Shown one piece after another: positions 32,179 to 42,229 of a stretch of 64,000 nt of DNA. The position numbers and the translations under genes were made by a program. The notes beneath the pieces are model-generated. The model worked only from the letters and a program-made list of their open reading frames with translations, made no database searches and had not been told where the DNA came from. Numbering within the stretch: position 1 is the first letter of the stretch; each line of letters begins with the position of its first letter. This DNA comes from Myxococcota bacterium (GTDB lineage: Bacteria > Myxococcota_A > UBA9160 > UBA4427), in contig OZ252299.1 in NCBI GenBank assembly GCA_965250285.1, forward strand, positions 448,001-512,000, given 5' to 3'.

Positions 32179-33507
32179 TCAGGCCTCCTCGCTGCCGAAG
32201 CGGTGGCGAGCCATGTAGCCACCCGCGAGGGTCAGCAGCGCGACCATGGCGGCCAGCGTCGGCCACGACGCCAGCGGCACGGCGGTCGTCGAGCCGAACT
32301 TCAGGTTGAGCACCTCGAAGGCTGCGAAGTGGTTGCCCGACGGGCCACGCTCCGTGGTGCCGCCTGCGACCATGGTGATGCGACCGGCACCGAGCGCGGT
32401 GCGGTTGTCGTAGCCCATGGCCGAGAGCCGCGTGGCCGGATCCAGCGAGGGGATCGGGCCGGGCGCGTTGTCGACGATCACCGTGCCGGTCGTCCAGGGC
32501 ATGCCCCAGTCGTAGTTCATCGAGCCGGGCAGGGTCATCGTCTGAGCGCCGAGCGACGTGATGATGCCGCAGCCGGGCGGGCTCGGCGGTGCACCGAGGC
32601 CCGAGGTGCACGGCGTGTTCAGCATGTAGTTCGAGAACACCGGGCCATCGGCGAGGGTGAGCTGGCGGAAGTTGGCGTAGCCACCGCCGGCGACCTGCTT
32701 GCCGAAGTCAGGGTTGCTCGTGCCGCCGACGAGCTGGTCGAGCACGCCGTTGGCGCCGAACTTGATCGAGACCACACCGGTGTTGCGCAGCATGGCGTTC
32801 ATCGTGCCGCCGAACTTGTTCGCGCCCGAGGTGTAGGCGAGGCGCGCACCGAGCGGTCCGACCGGGAACGTGCGGGTCGTCGTGATCGGTCCGAGCATCG
32901 TCACGAACATCGTCGTCGTCGTGCATGCGCCGGTGGGCGGGCACCAGGTGAAGTCCGACGCCATTCGTACGCCGCCGCCGCCACCGCCCATCAGCGTCGC
33001 TGCACCGCCCATCGTCTGGATCGGATCCTGCGAGAACGCGTTGGCCTGGAAGCTGGCGAGGCCGGCCGGCACGATGCCCATCGTCGCGCCGTTGTTCGTC
33101 GAGCTGGCCACGGGCGCCGCGATGCTGAACTGCGAGGCGAGCTGGATGACCGTCGGGACGCCGTTGACGGGCACCGTCTGTCGGTTGGCCGGACCGCCGG
33201 GCAGCGAGAACGCGCCCACCGGCACCGTGAACGAAGCCGGGGCCGAGCCCATGGCGCTCACCGTGGTGATGCCGGCCGGGACGCCGCCGTTCAGCGGGCG
33301 CAGGCCGCTGACGCAGCCGTCGACCAGGCCCTGGCCCGGAAGGCAGAACACGGGACCGCCGTTGGCCGGAATGTCGACGAGCGGACCGCGATTCAGGAAC
33401 CACTCGCCCACCATCGAGAGCGGCGCCGCTGCCGCGCTCTGTGCGAAGAGCAGGCCGATAGCGAGGATGCTGCCGGCGCTCCACTTCCTCAAATTACGGG
33501 TGATCAT
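32179..33507 (-). CDS. Secreted Gly/Thr-rich surface protein with a PEP-CTERM/IPTL-CTERM-like C-terminal sorting tail
   Basis: AAGGAG RBS; signal peptide (…QSAAA); C-terminus 'TTAVPLASWPTLAAMVALLTLAGGYMARHR' (VP motif, TM helix, basic residues). Confidence 0.8.
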   Translation of the reverse strand: MITRNLRKWSAGSILAIGLLFAQSAAAAPLSMVGEWFLNRGPLVDIPANGGPVFCLPGQGLVDGCVSGLRPLNGGVPAGITTVSAMGSAPASFTVPVGAFSLPGGPANRQTVPVNGVPTVIQLASQFSIAAPVASSTNNGATMGIVPAGLASFQANAFSQDPIQTMGGAATLMGGGGGGVRMASDFTWCPPTGACTTTTMFVTMLGPITTTRTFPVGPLGARLAYTSGANKFGGTMNAMLRNTGVVSIKFGANGVLDQLVGGTSNPDFGKQVAGGGYANFRQLTLADGPVFSNYMLNTPCTSGLGAPPSPPGCGIITSLGAQTMTLPGSMNYDWGMPWTTGTVIVDNAPGPIPSLDPATRLSAMGYDNRTALGAGRITMVAGGTTERGPSGNHFAAFEVLNLKFGSTTAVPLASWPTLAAMVALLTLAGGYMARHRFGSEEA

Positions 33508-33583
33508 GACTTCTCCTTGTTCGACCGATGATGCGCCACAACGTCTCTCACGGCGCCCGATCCGAATCTCTGGGCGACTTCAG

Positions 33584-33599
33584 TGCAACCACAATGCCA
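33584..33599 (-). promoter_or_regulatory. sigma54 (-24/-12) promoter
   Basis: Minus strand TGGCATTGTGGTTGCA: GG-N10-GC spacing matching the sigma54 consensus, 76 nt upstream of ATG 33507, with an AT-rich tract just upstream. Confidence 0.8.
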
Positions 33600-33954
33600 C
33601 TTATTTCTCTCTCTGACTGCAAGAACTTCCCCTTATTCGACAAAGACTTACGCCGGGTCCGACGATGCGAATAGTGCGTCCCGGTCCGCCAAAACGGGGT
33701 GTTCTGCGCCGCTGGCTTGCCGTGGCGGCGAAGCCGCACAGAATGCTCAACGAGTTCGGGTGGTTCGGGCCCGATCTGCCGGTGTGCGGAGGTGGTGCAG
33801 AACGCACCGCTTGGGGCGATGCGCTCCACCCGACCTTGGTCTCTTTTTCCTAAGGAAGTCAACCAGATACGTCGGTCCCGACGCTGATCGGAGCGAGCTC
33901 GGACCCATCTCCTGTGGCACGGCCGCACGAGGCCCGGTGCTAAGCTGCGCCGCC

Positions 33955-35217
33955 ATGTCGAAGCGAGCCTCGAACAGTCTATGGAGCGTCGTCGTCCTGG
34001 TGGCCGGTGTGTTCATCGGTGTGGGCATCGCTCATCAGGTCTGGGGCCCGGGCAGCGAGTGGTCGTCCGGGATGGATCTGCCGACCCCGCGCAGCAAGGC
34101 GGTGCCCGAGCCCTTCGTGCTGCCCGGCCTGGCCGGCGACGTGCGCGAGGTGCTGCTCGAACCCGACACCTTCCTTCGCACCGAACAGCTGGCCCGCCTC
34201 TTCAGCGAACTCGGCCCAGATGCGCTCGAAGACGTGCGGTCTGCGTACGACAGCGTGTTGCTCGACACCGGTGATACCGAGCTCGTGCTCTTCGGCGAGT
34301 GGTGGGCCGGCTTCGCGCCGCGCGATGCACTCGACTGGACCGAGGCCAACTGGAATGCCCGCCAGTCGATCCCAGTCATCCGCGGGATCATGCGCGCGTG
34401 GGGGCGCACCGACCCGCGCTTCGCGATCCAGGCGGCGACGATGGCGGCGCCGAACGATGCCCAGCGGCGGCTCTGGGTCGACTACGTGCTGCGCGGCTGG
34501 GACGAGTCGGTCATCGATGGCGCTCTGTCGTACGCCAAAGCACTGGGACATGGCCCTGAACGCCAGTGGGCTCTGACCGTGCTGATCCGCCGCCGCGTGA
34601 TGCGCGACGGGCCCGCCGACGTCATCGCCTGGGCCGAATCGCTTCCCGACCGCGACGATGACCAAACGTTCAAGCTGAACGTCTATCGGCGCGTCGCGGG
34701 GGCCGTCGCCGAGGTCGACACCGACCTGGCTCGGGCGTTCGTCGACCGGCACATGGAGGGTCGGTACGGTCATCGACTGCCCGAACGCCTGGGCTCGAGG
34801 TGGGTGCTGCGAGAACCCGAAGCCGCGATGGCGTGGGCCGTATCCCTGCCGCCCGGGGAGGCCCGCGATGAGACCGTGCTCGAGACCTATCGCGCCTGGC
34901 TCGCCTGGGATCGTCCGGCCGCGCAGGCCTGGGTGCAGGCGCAGCCTGCTGATCGCCCGATCGAAGGCGCGGTCGCGCTCTATGCGCGCAGCATCAGCCT
35001 GGTCGATCCGCCCGCCGCGCTCGATCTCGCGATGGGGCTCACCAGCGAGAAGCTGAGGATGCAGACGGTGGGCAAGATCGCGCGACAGTGGTACCTGCGC
35101 GAGCCCGAGGCCGCTGATGCGTGGCTCGCCAGCTCTGGGCTGCCGGAAGATTTCGTGCGCAAGGTTCGGATCGTGCCCGACAATCCGCGCGTGCGAAAAG
35201 CACTCGGCAAGACCTGA
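33955..35217 (+). CDS. Hypothetical membrane-anchored protein with Trp-rich helical repeats
   Basis: N-terminal TM helix; repeated 'W…(D/E)P.AA..W…LP' units. Start ATG 33955. Confidence 0.75.
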   Translation: MSKRASNSLWSVVVLVAGVFIGVGIAHQVWGPGSEWSSGMDLPTPRSKAVPEPFVLPGLAGDVREVLLEPDTFLRTEQLARLFSELGPDALEDVRSAYDSVLLDTGDTELVLFGEWWAGFAPRDALDWTEANWNARQSIPVIRGIMRAWGRTDPRFAIQAATMAAPNDAQRRLWVDYVLRGWDESVIDGALSYAKALGHGPERQWALTVLIRRRVMRDGPADVIAWAESLPDRDDDQTFKLNVYRRVAGAVAEVDTDLARAFVDRHMEGRYGHRLPERLGSRWVLREPEAAMAWAVSLPPGEARDETVLETYRAWLAWDRPAAQAWVQAQPADRPIEGAVALYARSISLVDPPAALDLAMGLTSEKLRMQTVGKIARQWYLREPEAADAWLASSGLPEDFVRKVRIVPDNPRVRKALGKT

Positions 35218-35263
35218 TTTCGATCTCTGCGTCGACGATGCTCGCGTCGAGGGGCGCTGCTTC

Positions 35264-37477
35264 TCAGGGTCGGGCCTTCGCCTGGCGCTCTGCGTCGAAG
35301 TAGCTCGCGGTTCGCAACAGCGTCTGTACGCGCATCGAATCGCGCGCATCGGGATCGGCTTCGATGAGCTTCTGCGCGAGCGCTCCAGCTTCGGCCGCCG
35401 CATAGGGGTCTCGCTCGAGCGACGCCTCGAGCAGCCTGAGCTCGGCTTCGCCCCGATCCCCAGCCTGCGCCAGCTCGATCGCTTCGTGGAGCGCCGTCTG
35501 GTCGGTCGAGTCGGCGGCTGCAGCGCGCCCATAGAGCGCGAGGGCCTCGTCGATCTTGCCGGCCTGCCCCTCGAGGCGCGCGAGGCCGATCAGCGCGACG
35601 AAGCTCTCGGGATCGAGCGCGATGGCGCGTTCGAACTCGGGCCGCGCCTGTTCGGGCTCGACCGCGGTCTCGGCGATCACGTACCCGCGCAATGCGTGCA
35701 GATGCGCAGCACTGCCCGCGACCTTTGCGGCGCGGTCGACCTGGGCCAACGCGTCGCTCGCGCGCCCGAGCGCGACGAGGTCGCGAATGACGCTCTCGAG
35801 CGCCGGGGCATTGTTCGGGGCCGTGAGGTCGAGGTTCTGCGCGCCGGTCACCTCGCGCAGCCCCGCCTCGGCGCCCGCGCGCGTTCGCGCCCCGCGCGCG
35901 CGCGCCGCAACCGCCTGGGGAAGGTGTTCGGGCTGCTGGATCAAGCTTCGAGACGCTTCTCCGATCATCACGGGCTGGCCGAGCATGGCGAGCAGCTCGA
36001 TCTCGAGCAGCGTGCGATCGAGTGAGTCCGAGCCCGCTTCGGCGGCCTGGTGCCGAACCACCTCGAGCGCCACCGAGGGCTGGCCCGTTGCGAGGTAAAG
36101 GCGCGCGAGCCGCAAGCGTGCATCGGTGGCGCTCGGTTCGGCGCGAATCGAGTATCGATACTCCTCGATCGCCCGATCGAAGTCGCCGAGCTGTTCGGCC
36201 GCGAGCCCCGCGTAGTAGCGCGCCACGGCGTTCGCGGGCCAGAGCTTGAAGCCCTCCTCGAAGTGGGCCAGCGCTTCGGCCGGCTCGCCGCGTTCGAGAG
36301 CGACTCGGCCACGGATCAGCTCGCGGTGACTCGGGAGATTCATCCGTTCGGTCAGCGCGAGCGCGTCGTCGTAGCGCTCTGCGGTCACGAGGGTGTCGGC
36401 GTACGCAAAGAGGAACGTCGGCCCCGGCTCGGAGATCAGAGCGAGCGTGCTCTCGAAGTGGGTGATCGCCTCGTCGAGTCGATCTCGTTCGAAGTAGTAC
36501 CCAGCGAGATCGGAGTGGGCGATGGCCGCGAGGGCCGGACTCGCTGCGTTGGTCGCCTGGACGAGGATCTCCTCGGCTTGGTTGTCTTCGCCCGCGAGTC
36601 CGAGCCGGTACACGAGCGACATGCGATACGTGCGGACGTTCGGCATCGCCTCGTAGGCGCCGCGCAGAATCTCGAGCGACCGCTCGGGCTCGCCCGCTGC
36701 GTCGAAGAAGCGAACGGCGCCGTCGAGAATCGTGAAGTTCGTAGGGAATCGTTCGAGGCACTCCTCGAACACCTCGCGTGCCTTGTCGGCCTCGCCCTGC
36801 TCCTCGGCGAAGCCCGCGCGCACCGCGCAGAAGTCGGGTGAGCCCGCCAGCCCGAGGCCGGCTTCGTCGAAGTGCTCGGACGTCGAGGCGATCGCCTCCC
36901 TGGCTTCCTCGATCCGGTCGAGACCCAGCAGCGCCACACCGCGCAGAATCAGGCCATCGCTGTTTTCGGGATCGATCTCGAGGATGCGATCGGCGTCGGC
37001 GAGCGCGCCCTCGTAGTCGCGTCGGCTCTGGGCGCGCGCAAAGGCCCGAATGCCCAGGGCCTGCACATCGTCGGGTTGCTCGTCGATCAACGGGTCGAGC
37101 AGACCCGTCGCCATGTCCCAGTCGGCCGTTCCGACGGCCATCCGCGCGAGCTGAAGTGTGGCGGGGGTCTTCCATTCGGGGTCTTCGGCCGCACGACGCA
37201 AGGGCCAGATGGCTTCGGTGAGCCGCGAGGTCGACGAAAGCGCCATGCCGTAGAGGAACTGGGCCTCGCTGTCCTCTGGGTGCTGATCGAGGTAGGTGCG
37301 AAGCGGTTCGAGCGAAGCTGCGAACGCACCGCGCGCCTGATGCTGCTTGGCTTCGGCAAGCGGGTCGGGGCCGCATGCGGTCGACAAGACCGCGAGAATG
37401 CAGAACGCGACGAAGAGGATCCCCTGCCGATGCGTTGCGCACCGAGGGGGAGACGGCCGGGCGTGGGTCTTGGGCAT
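35264..37477 (-). CDS. Tetratricopeptide repeat lipoprotein
   Basis: Lipobox 'LSTAC' after a hydrophobic stretch; many TPR units ('DPENSDGLILRGVAL', 'ARYYAGLAAEQLGDFDRAIEEY'). Confidence 0.85.
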   Translation of the reverse strand: MPKTHARPSPPRCATHRQGILFVAFCILAVLSTACGPDPLAEAKQHQARGAFAASLEPLRTYLDQHPEDSEAQFLYGMALSSTSRLTEAIWPLRRAAEDPEWKTPATLQLARMAVGTADWDMATGLLDPLIDEQPDDVQALGIRAFARAQSRRDYEGALADADRILEIDPENSDGLILRGVALLGLDRIEEAREAIASTSEHFDEAGLGLAGSPDFCAVRAGFAEEQGEADKAREVFEECLERFPTNFTILDGAVRFFDAAGEPERSLEILRGAYEAMPNVRTYRMSLVYRLGLAGEDNQAEEILVQATNAASPALAAIAHSDLAGYYFERDRLDEAITHFESTLALISEPGPTFLFAYADTLVTAERYDDALALTERMNLPSHRELIRGRVALERGEPAEALAHFEEGFKLWPANAVARYYAGLAAEQLGDFDRAIEEYRYSIRAEPSATDARLRLARLYLATGQPSVALEVVRHQAAEAGSDSLDRTLLEIELLAMLGQPVMIGEASRSLIQQPEHLPQAVAARARGARTRAGAEAGLREVTGAQNLDLTAPNNAPALESVIRDLVALGRASDALAQVDRAAKVAGSAAHLHALRGYVIAETAVEPEQARPEFERAIALDPESFVALIGLARLEGQAGKIDEALALYGRAAAADSTDQTALHEAIELAQAGDRGEAELRLLEASLERDPYAAAEAGALAQKLIEADPDARDSMRVQTLLRTASYFDAERQAKARP

Positions 37478-37560
37478 GACGCCGGAGGCTAGCACCGGGC
37501 GACGCGAGCGGTCGGCACGCACGTCGGGCGGGCGCGACGCTGCGCTAGTCTCGCCGCCCT

Positions 37561-38988
37561 ATGGCCGATTCGAACTCGATCCTCAACAAGAGATGGCCGT
37601 GGCTCACGATGGCCGCACTGGTCGTCGTAGCGTACGCGGCATTCGTCATCGACGTCGAGGTGATCCCGACCGACGACCGCCCGGTCGGTACGGTCGCCGA
37701 CATCGAGGCGCTGGCCGAGCGCGATGATCTGAACGTGCTGTTCATCTTGATCGACACCCTTCGGGCGGATCGACTGAGCAGCTGGGGCTATGAGCGGCCC
37801 ACGAGCCCGACGCTCGACCGCATCGCGAACAACGGCGTGCGCTTCTCGCGCCACGTCGCTCAGTCATCTTGGACGAAGTGCTCGATGGCGAGCCTGTGGA
37901 CGGGTCTGTTCCCGTCTCGAACCGGCGTCACGCGCTTCGATCACGTGTTGTCGGACGAAGCGCAGCTGCCGGCCGAGATTCTACGCGAAGCGGGCTTTCG
38001 AACCGCTGGGCTCTTTCGCAACGGCTGGGTCGAGAACTACTTCGGCTTCGGTCAGGGCTTCGAGGTCTACACGAAGCCCGTGGCCGAGCCGCGAGCCGAG
38101 AAGGTGAAGCGCGAGAATCCGACGCTGTCGAATGCCGGCACCGACATGTCGGCCGTCTACGGCGCTGAAGAGTTTCTTCGCACGTACGGCGACGAGCGCT
38201 GGTTTCTCTATCTGCACCTGATGGATCTTCACGAGTATCTCTACGACGAAGACTCGGCGCTCTTCGGCACGTCGTACTCAGACGTGTACGACAACTCGAT
38301 TCGTCGTACCGATACGATCATCGAACGCATCTATGAGCTGCTGATGCGGGGCGGGTACCTCGAGAACACGATCGTCATCATCGCTTCGGATCACGGCGAG
38401 GCGTTCAGCGAGCGTGGTTACGAGGGGCACGCGCGTTTCGTCTACAAAGAGACGACCCACGTTCCGATGATCGTCAGCCTTCCGTTCAAGCTCGATCCCG
38501 GCGTCGTCGTCGAGAACGTGACTCGAAACGTCGACATCTGGCCGACGGTGCTCGATCTGATCGGGCTGTCGGGCATGGAAGACGTCGATGGGGCATCGCG
38601 CCGCGGCGCGATCCTCGCCGCGGCGCGCGGCGAAGCGGCAGCACCCGAAGCCGACGTCGAAGGGGAGGGGTGGGCCCACCTCGATCGCACCTGGGGGCGC
38701 AAGGGGGTCGAAGAAGCGCCGACCGTGTCGGTGGTCGATGGTGGCTACCGATACGTGCGCTTGCCCGAGAAGGATGGAACGTATACCGAGGAGCTCTTCG
38801 ACCTCGGTGGAGACGTGGCCGAGCTGACGAGCATCGACGCAGAGAACCCCGAAGTGACGAAGCGGATGCGCGAGATGGCCGACGGATACCTCGGTCAGGA
38901 GCCGCCCTGGAGCTCGGAAGCGCCGAGCCTCGAGATGGACGAGATGCAGCTTCGCCAGCTGCGCGCGCTCGGCTACAAGGTGCCCTGA
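37561..38988 (+). CDS. Membrane-anchored sulfatase-like hydrolase/transferase (alkaline phosphatase superfamily)
   Basis: 'NVLFILIDTLRAD', 'SDHGE', 'HVPMIV', 'DIWPTVLDL', C-terminal 'QLRALGY'; nucleophile segment reads WTKCSMASLWTG. Confidence 0.88.
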   Translation: MADSNSILNKRWPWLTMAALVVVAYAAFVIDVEVIPTDDRPVGTVADIEALAERDDLNVLFILIDTLRADRLSSWGYERPTSPTLDRIANNGVRFSRHVAQSSWTKCSMASLWTGLFPSRTGVTRFDHVLSDEAQLPAEILREAGFRTAGLFRNGWVENYFGFGQGFEVYTKPVAEPRAEKVKRENPTLSNAGTDMSAVYGAEEFLRTYGDERWFLYLHLMDLHEYLYDEDSALFGTSYSDVYDNSIRRTDTIIERIYELLMRGGYLENTIVIIASDHGEAFSERGYEGHARFVYKETTHVPMIVSLPFKLDPGVVVENVTRNVDIWPTVLDLIGLSGMEDVDGASRRGAILAAARGEAAAPEADVEGEGWAHLDRTWGRKGVEEAPTVSVVDGGYRYVRLPEKDGTYTEELFDLGGDVAELTSIDAENPEVTKRMREMADGYLGQEPPWSSEAPSLEMDEMQLRQLRALGYKVP

Positions 38989-38998
38989 GAGAAGCGCA

Positions 38999-41668
38999 TC
39001 AGAAGCGGATCGTGATGTCCGCGCCGCCGGTTCGCGGTTCGCCCACGAAGTTGATGACGGTGGCCGCGAAGATTCTCGCGTCGAACGCGAACGTCTTGTA
39101 TCGCGTGTCGGTGAGGTTCCGCACCCAGCCCGCGACTTCCAGCATGCCGTCGGGCGTCGTGTACGCGAAGCGCAGGTTGTGAACCGTATAGGCCGCCTGC
39201 CCGATCGTGAAGTCGGGCAGCGTTTCCGACAGCGAGTTCTCGATCCCGCGACCTTCATTCGGGCCGAAGGACACATCGTCGCTCCAGGCGACGTCGTAGC
39301 GCGGTGTGAACGTGCCTCGACCGCCCAGGTCGAAGGGCCACTGGACGACGGCGCTGACCTTGAACTTGGGTGAGTTCGGGAGTCGGTTCCCCGCGTAGTT
39401 CACTTCCTGCTGGAACGGAGTGAACGTGCTTTGGTCGATCCGCTCGATCAGGTTCGTGAAGTCGAGGAACTGGCTCTCGAGCCAGCCGAATCGAAAGGTC
39501 AGGTCGAGCCCCCACAGCTCCTCGGGGACGATCGCTACGTCTTGAAGCGGGACGACGTTGAGGTCGAGTTCGACGCCGTACTGCTCTGCGTCGTTCGCAT
39601 TGACGATCTCGAGGATCGGGGCGTCGGCCACCGCAGGCTCGAACAAGAAGAGCTGGTAGTCCTTGTACTTGTAGTAGAAGAACGCCGCACTCGCGGAGAC
39701 CCGGGACTCGAACCACGAGCCGCGGGCCCCGACCTCGATCGAGTCGATGGTCTCGGGCCGCGCCGGCAGTTCGGGCTCGCCGGGCAGATTCGGGCGATTG
39801 GCGTTGAAGTGCCCGCCCTTCCAACCGCGCGTGTACTTGGCGTAGGTCGCCACGTCGGGAGTCAGTCGATACGTCAGGCTGACGAGGCCGGTCGGAGCCG
39901 TCCACGTCTCGGTCTGCGGGATCGCGGTCTCGACGATGCCGTTGTCCCGATTGACCTGCGTGAGGTCGAAGCTCTTCCGCTCCCAGTTGTACCGGACGCC
40001 CGCATCCAGCGTGAGATCTTCGAAGAAGTCGTACCCGAACCCGCCGTAGAACGCGAAGCTCCACAGATCCTGGGCGAAGGACCGGTCGAAGTCGGCCGCT
40101 GGGACGTACGTGAATAGAGAGATGTCGGAGCGGAGCTGCTCCATCAGGTAGTAGCCGCCGAGCTCCCACCGGAAGGTGCCGACATCGCTCTCGCCGGTCG
40201 CCTTGAGCTCCTGGTAGTACTGCCAGGCGTTGTCCGACTGCACCTGCTCGAAGAGCACGTCCGACGTGAAGTCGTTGTCGATGTCGCGGAACCGGTCGTA
40301 CTCGTCGTACGCCGACACGTTCTCGAGGTTCACGGTGCCCACCAGCGGGACCCCGTCGAACACCATGAAACCCCGCAGCGAAGAGCCGAACGAGGTGCGG
40401 CGGGTCTGACCGACGCGGTTGTAGTCGCCGCGATACGGCCGGATGTCGAGGGGGCGACCGCTGGCCAGATTGTTGGCGAGCGTCTCGCGTGCCAGCGCCG
40501 GGTCTTGGAGCTGCTGGAGCAGCGCATCGAACTCGTCCTGCTGATCGGGCTCGACATAGCCTCGGACGGTCGATCCGCCGAGGGACGGCGACGTACCCAT
40601 CGCCTGGCCCAGCGTGCTCAGCTGATCGAGGACGCCGCCGCGGAAGCCGAGCGTCCAATCCATGTCGAGCAGGTCGGGCTGGAACCGGAGCAGGGCGCGC
40701 GCGGCCCAGTCGCCCTGATCGCCGACCTCGGCCGGCAGGCCCTCGGCGATGGGCGAGACCTCGCCTCGGGGCCATGTGTTGAGGTCGCGCTCGCCGCAGA
40801 TGGCCGCTTCGTCCTCGTTGGGATTGAAGATGCCACCGCGCGGAATGCGGTCTTCAAAGGGGATCGCGTTGCCGCAGCCGTTGACCTGAAAGGGGTCGGC
40901 GTAGCGCGCGCGAAACGAGAATCGTGCCGAGAGGAGGTCTTCCAGGAGCGGGATCTCGAGGGCTCCGGTGTAGTCCTGGATCAGCTTGCCGCTCAGGGTG
41001 TCGCCGCTTGCGTACGTTCCGAAGCTCGACTTGAAGTTGGCGGTGAGCTCGCCGGTCGGCAGCCGCGAGTCGATGCGGATCGCGCCGGCGGTCGCATTGC
41101 GTGCGCTGCCGGCGCCCTGCGGACCACGCTCCACCGAGACGCCCTGGGCGTCGAAGAGGCCGACGAGCTGAATCGCGGTCGAGTTGAGCGGGACACCATC
41201 TTGGAAGATGGCGACTGCGCTCGACGAGTTCGCGCTGAAGTCAGCGAGGCCGACGCCGCGAATGAAGAAGTTCGCCTGGGTCGCGTCGCCCTGACGAATC
41301 TCGAGGTTGGGCGTGATCTTCGAAAGGTCGGTGACGTCGACGGCGCCCATCGCATCGAGCTCGGCGTTGTCGAACTGCACGGTCGACTCCGCCGCGTCGA
41401 CCTCGAGCGTCTGACCCGCCGAACCCGTCACCGTCAGCTCTTCGAGCTCGCCCCAGCGCTCTTCGAAGTCGATGTCGTCTTCGGCCAGGTCGTCTTCTTC
41501 GAAGTCGTCTGCTTCGGGGTCGTCTTCGTCGTCGCCCTCGCGCTCATAGGCGTCGAAGTCGAAGTCGAGGTCGTCGCTCTCGGCCTCTGCTTCGGCCGTC
41601 TGGCTGGCGGCGGGCAGCGCGATCGCGCACGCGGCGACCGCAAACAGCGCGATGGTGAGCCAGCGCAT
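38999..41668 (-). CDS. TonB-dependent receptor
   Basis: Signal peptide, TonB box 'LEELTVTGS', plug 'FFIRGVG', 'VERGPQG', C-terminal 'GEPRTGGADITIRF'. Start ATG 41668. Confidence 0.93.
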   Translation of the reverse strand: MRWLTIALFAVAACAIALPAASQTAEAEAESDDLDFDFDAYEREGDDEDDPEADDFEEDDLAEDDIDFEERWGELEELTVTGSAGQTLEVDAAESTVQFDNAELDAMGAVDVTDLSKITPNLEIRQGDATQANFFIRGVGLADFSANSSSAVAIFQDGVPLNSTAIQLVGLFDAQGVSVERGPQGAGSARNATAGAIRIDSRLPTGELTANFKSSFGTYASGDTLSGKLIQDYTGALEIPLLEDLLSARFSFRARYADPFQVNGCGNAIPFEDRIPRGGIFNPNEDEAAICGERDLNTWPRGEVSPIAEGLPAEVGDQGDWAARALLRFQPDLLDMDWTLGFRGGVLDQLSTLGQAMGTSPSLGGSTVRGYVEPDQQDEFDALLQQLQDPALARETLANNLASGRPLDIRPYRGDYNRVGQTRRTSFGSSLRGFMVFDGVPLVGTVNLENVSAYDEYDRFRDIDNDFTSDVLFEQVQSDNAWQYYQELKATGESDVGTFRWELGGYYLMEQLRSDISLFTYVPAADFDRSFAQDLWSFAFYGGFGYDFFEDLTLDAGVRYNWERKSFDLTQVNRDNGIVETAIPQTETWTAPTGLVSLTYRLTPDVATYAKYTRGWKGGHFNANRPNLPGEPELPARPETIDSIEVGARGSWFESRVSASAAFFYYKYKDYQLFLFEPAVADAPILEIVNANDAEQYGVELDLNVVPLQDVAIVPEELWGLDLTFRFGWLESQFLDFTNLIERIDQSTFTPFQQEVNYAGNRLPNSPKFKVSAVVQWPFDLGGRGTFTPRYDVAWSDDVSFGPNEGRGIENSLSETLPDFTIGQAAYTVHNLRFAYTTPDGMLEVAGWVRNLTDTRYKTFAFDARIFAATVINFVGEPRTGGADITIRF

Positions 41669-42229
41669 GATTCGTCTGCCGTGAACTTCGGTGCGTGCTG
41701 CTGTCGAAAGATTGCGGGAGTGGCACTGCAAGTTGATCGAAGGGCGGGAACTCGAGGCCTCCCGCATGGAGGAGCTGCGCGCCGGATCGTCGTGGCTCTC
41801 GCTGACGTGCAATCTGGGCCTCGGCTGTCTTCGTCGATCTTCGATCTCGGTACTCGCTGGCGCGATTCGAGCGGAAGGCGTCGTTCGAAACGCGATGGTC
41901 GTGTTCATACTTCAGTCTGAGCTCGGATCCGCGTGGTGCGTCCTTGCCTCAGTCGGCGCCGTTCGGTGACCTTCCAGCTTCGTCGAAATGCGTATCGCTG
42001 CCTCTATCTATCCGCAATCCGTGTTCTAGCTCTGTCTCTCGGAAGGGTCGCGGTATCTCTGAGCTGCTTCTTGCGTCGTCTTCAACTTCAACGGCGTCGC
42101 ATGTCGGCGATGACGAGTCCACTCGAGTGAGTGCTTTCTTCCATCAGGAACCCGCGCACCGCTCTTGATGTCGTCTGCGGATGCGGGCTCGGTCTTGCGC
42201 GCACGCGCGGGTGCGCGATCCTCACCCAC

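Noticed and set aside
41669..42229. ncRNA, cobalamin riboswitch or small ORF in the long gap upstream of the TonB receptor
   Set aside because: No recognisable riboswitch core or convincing coding signal; TGGCAC at ~41721 lacks the correctly spaced TTGC of a sigma54 site.
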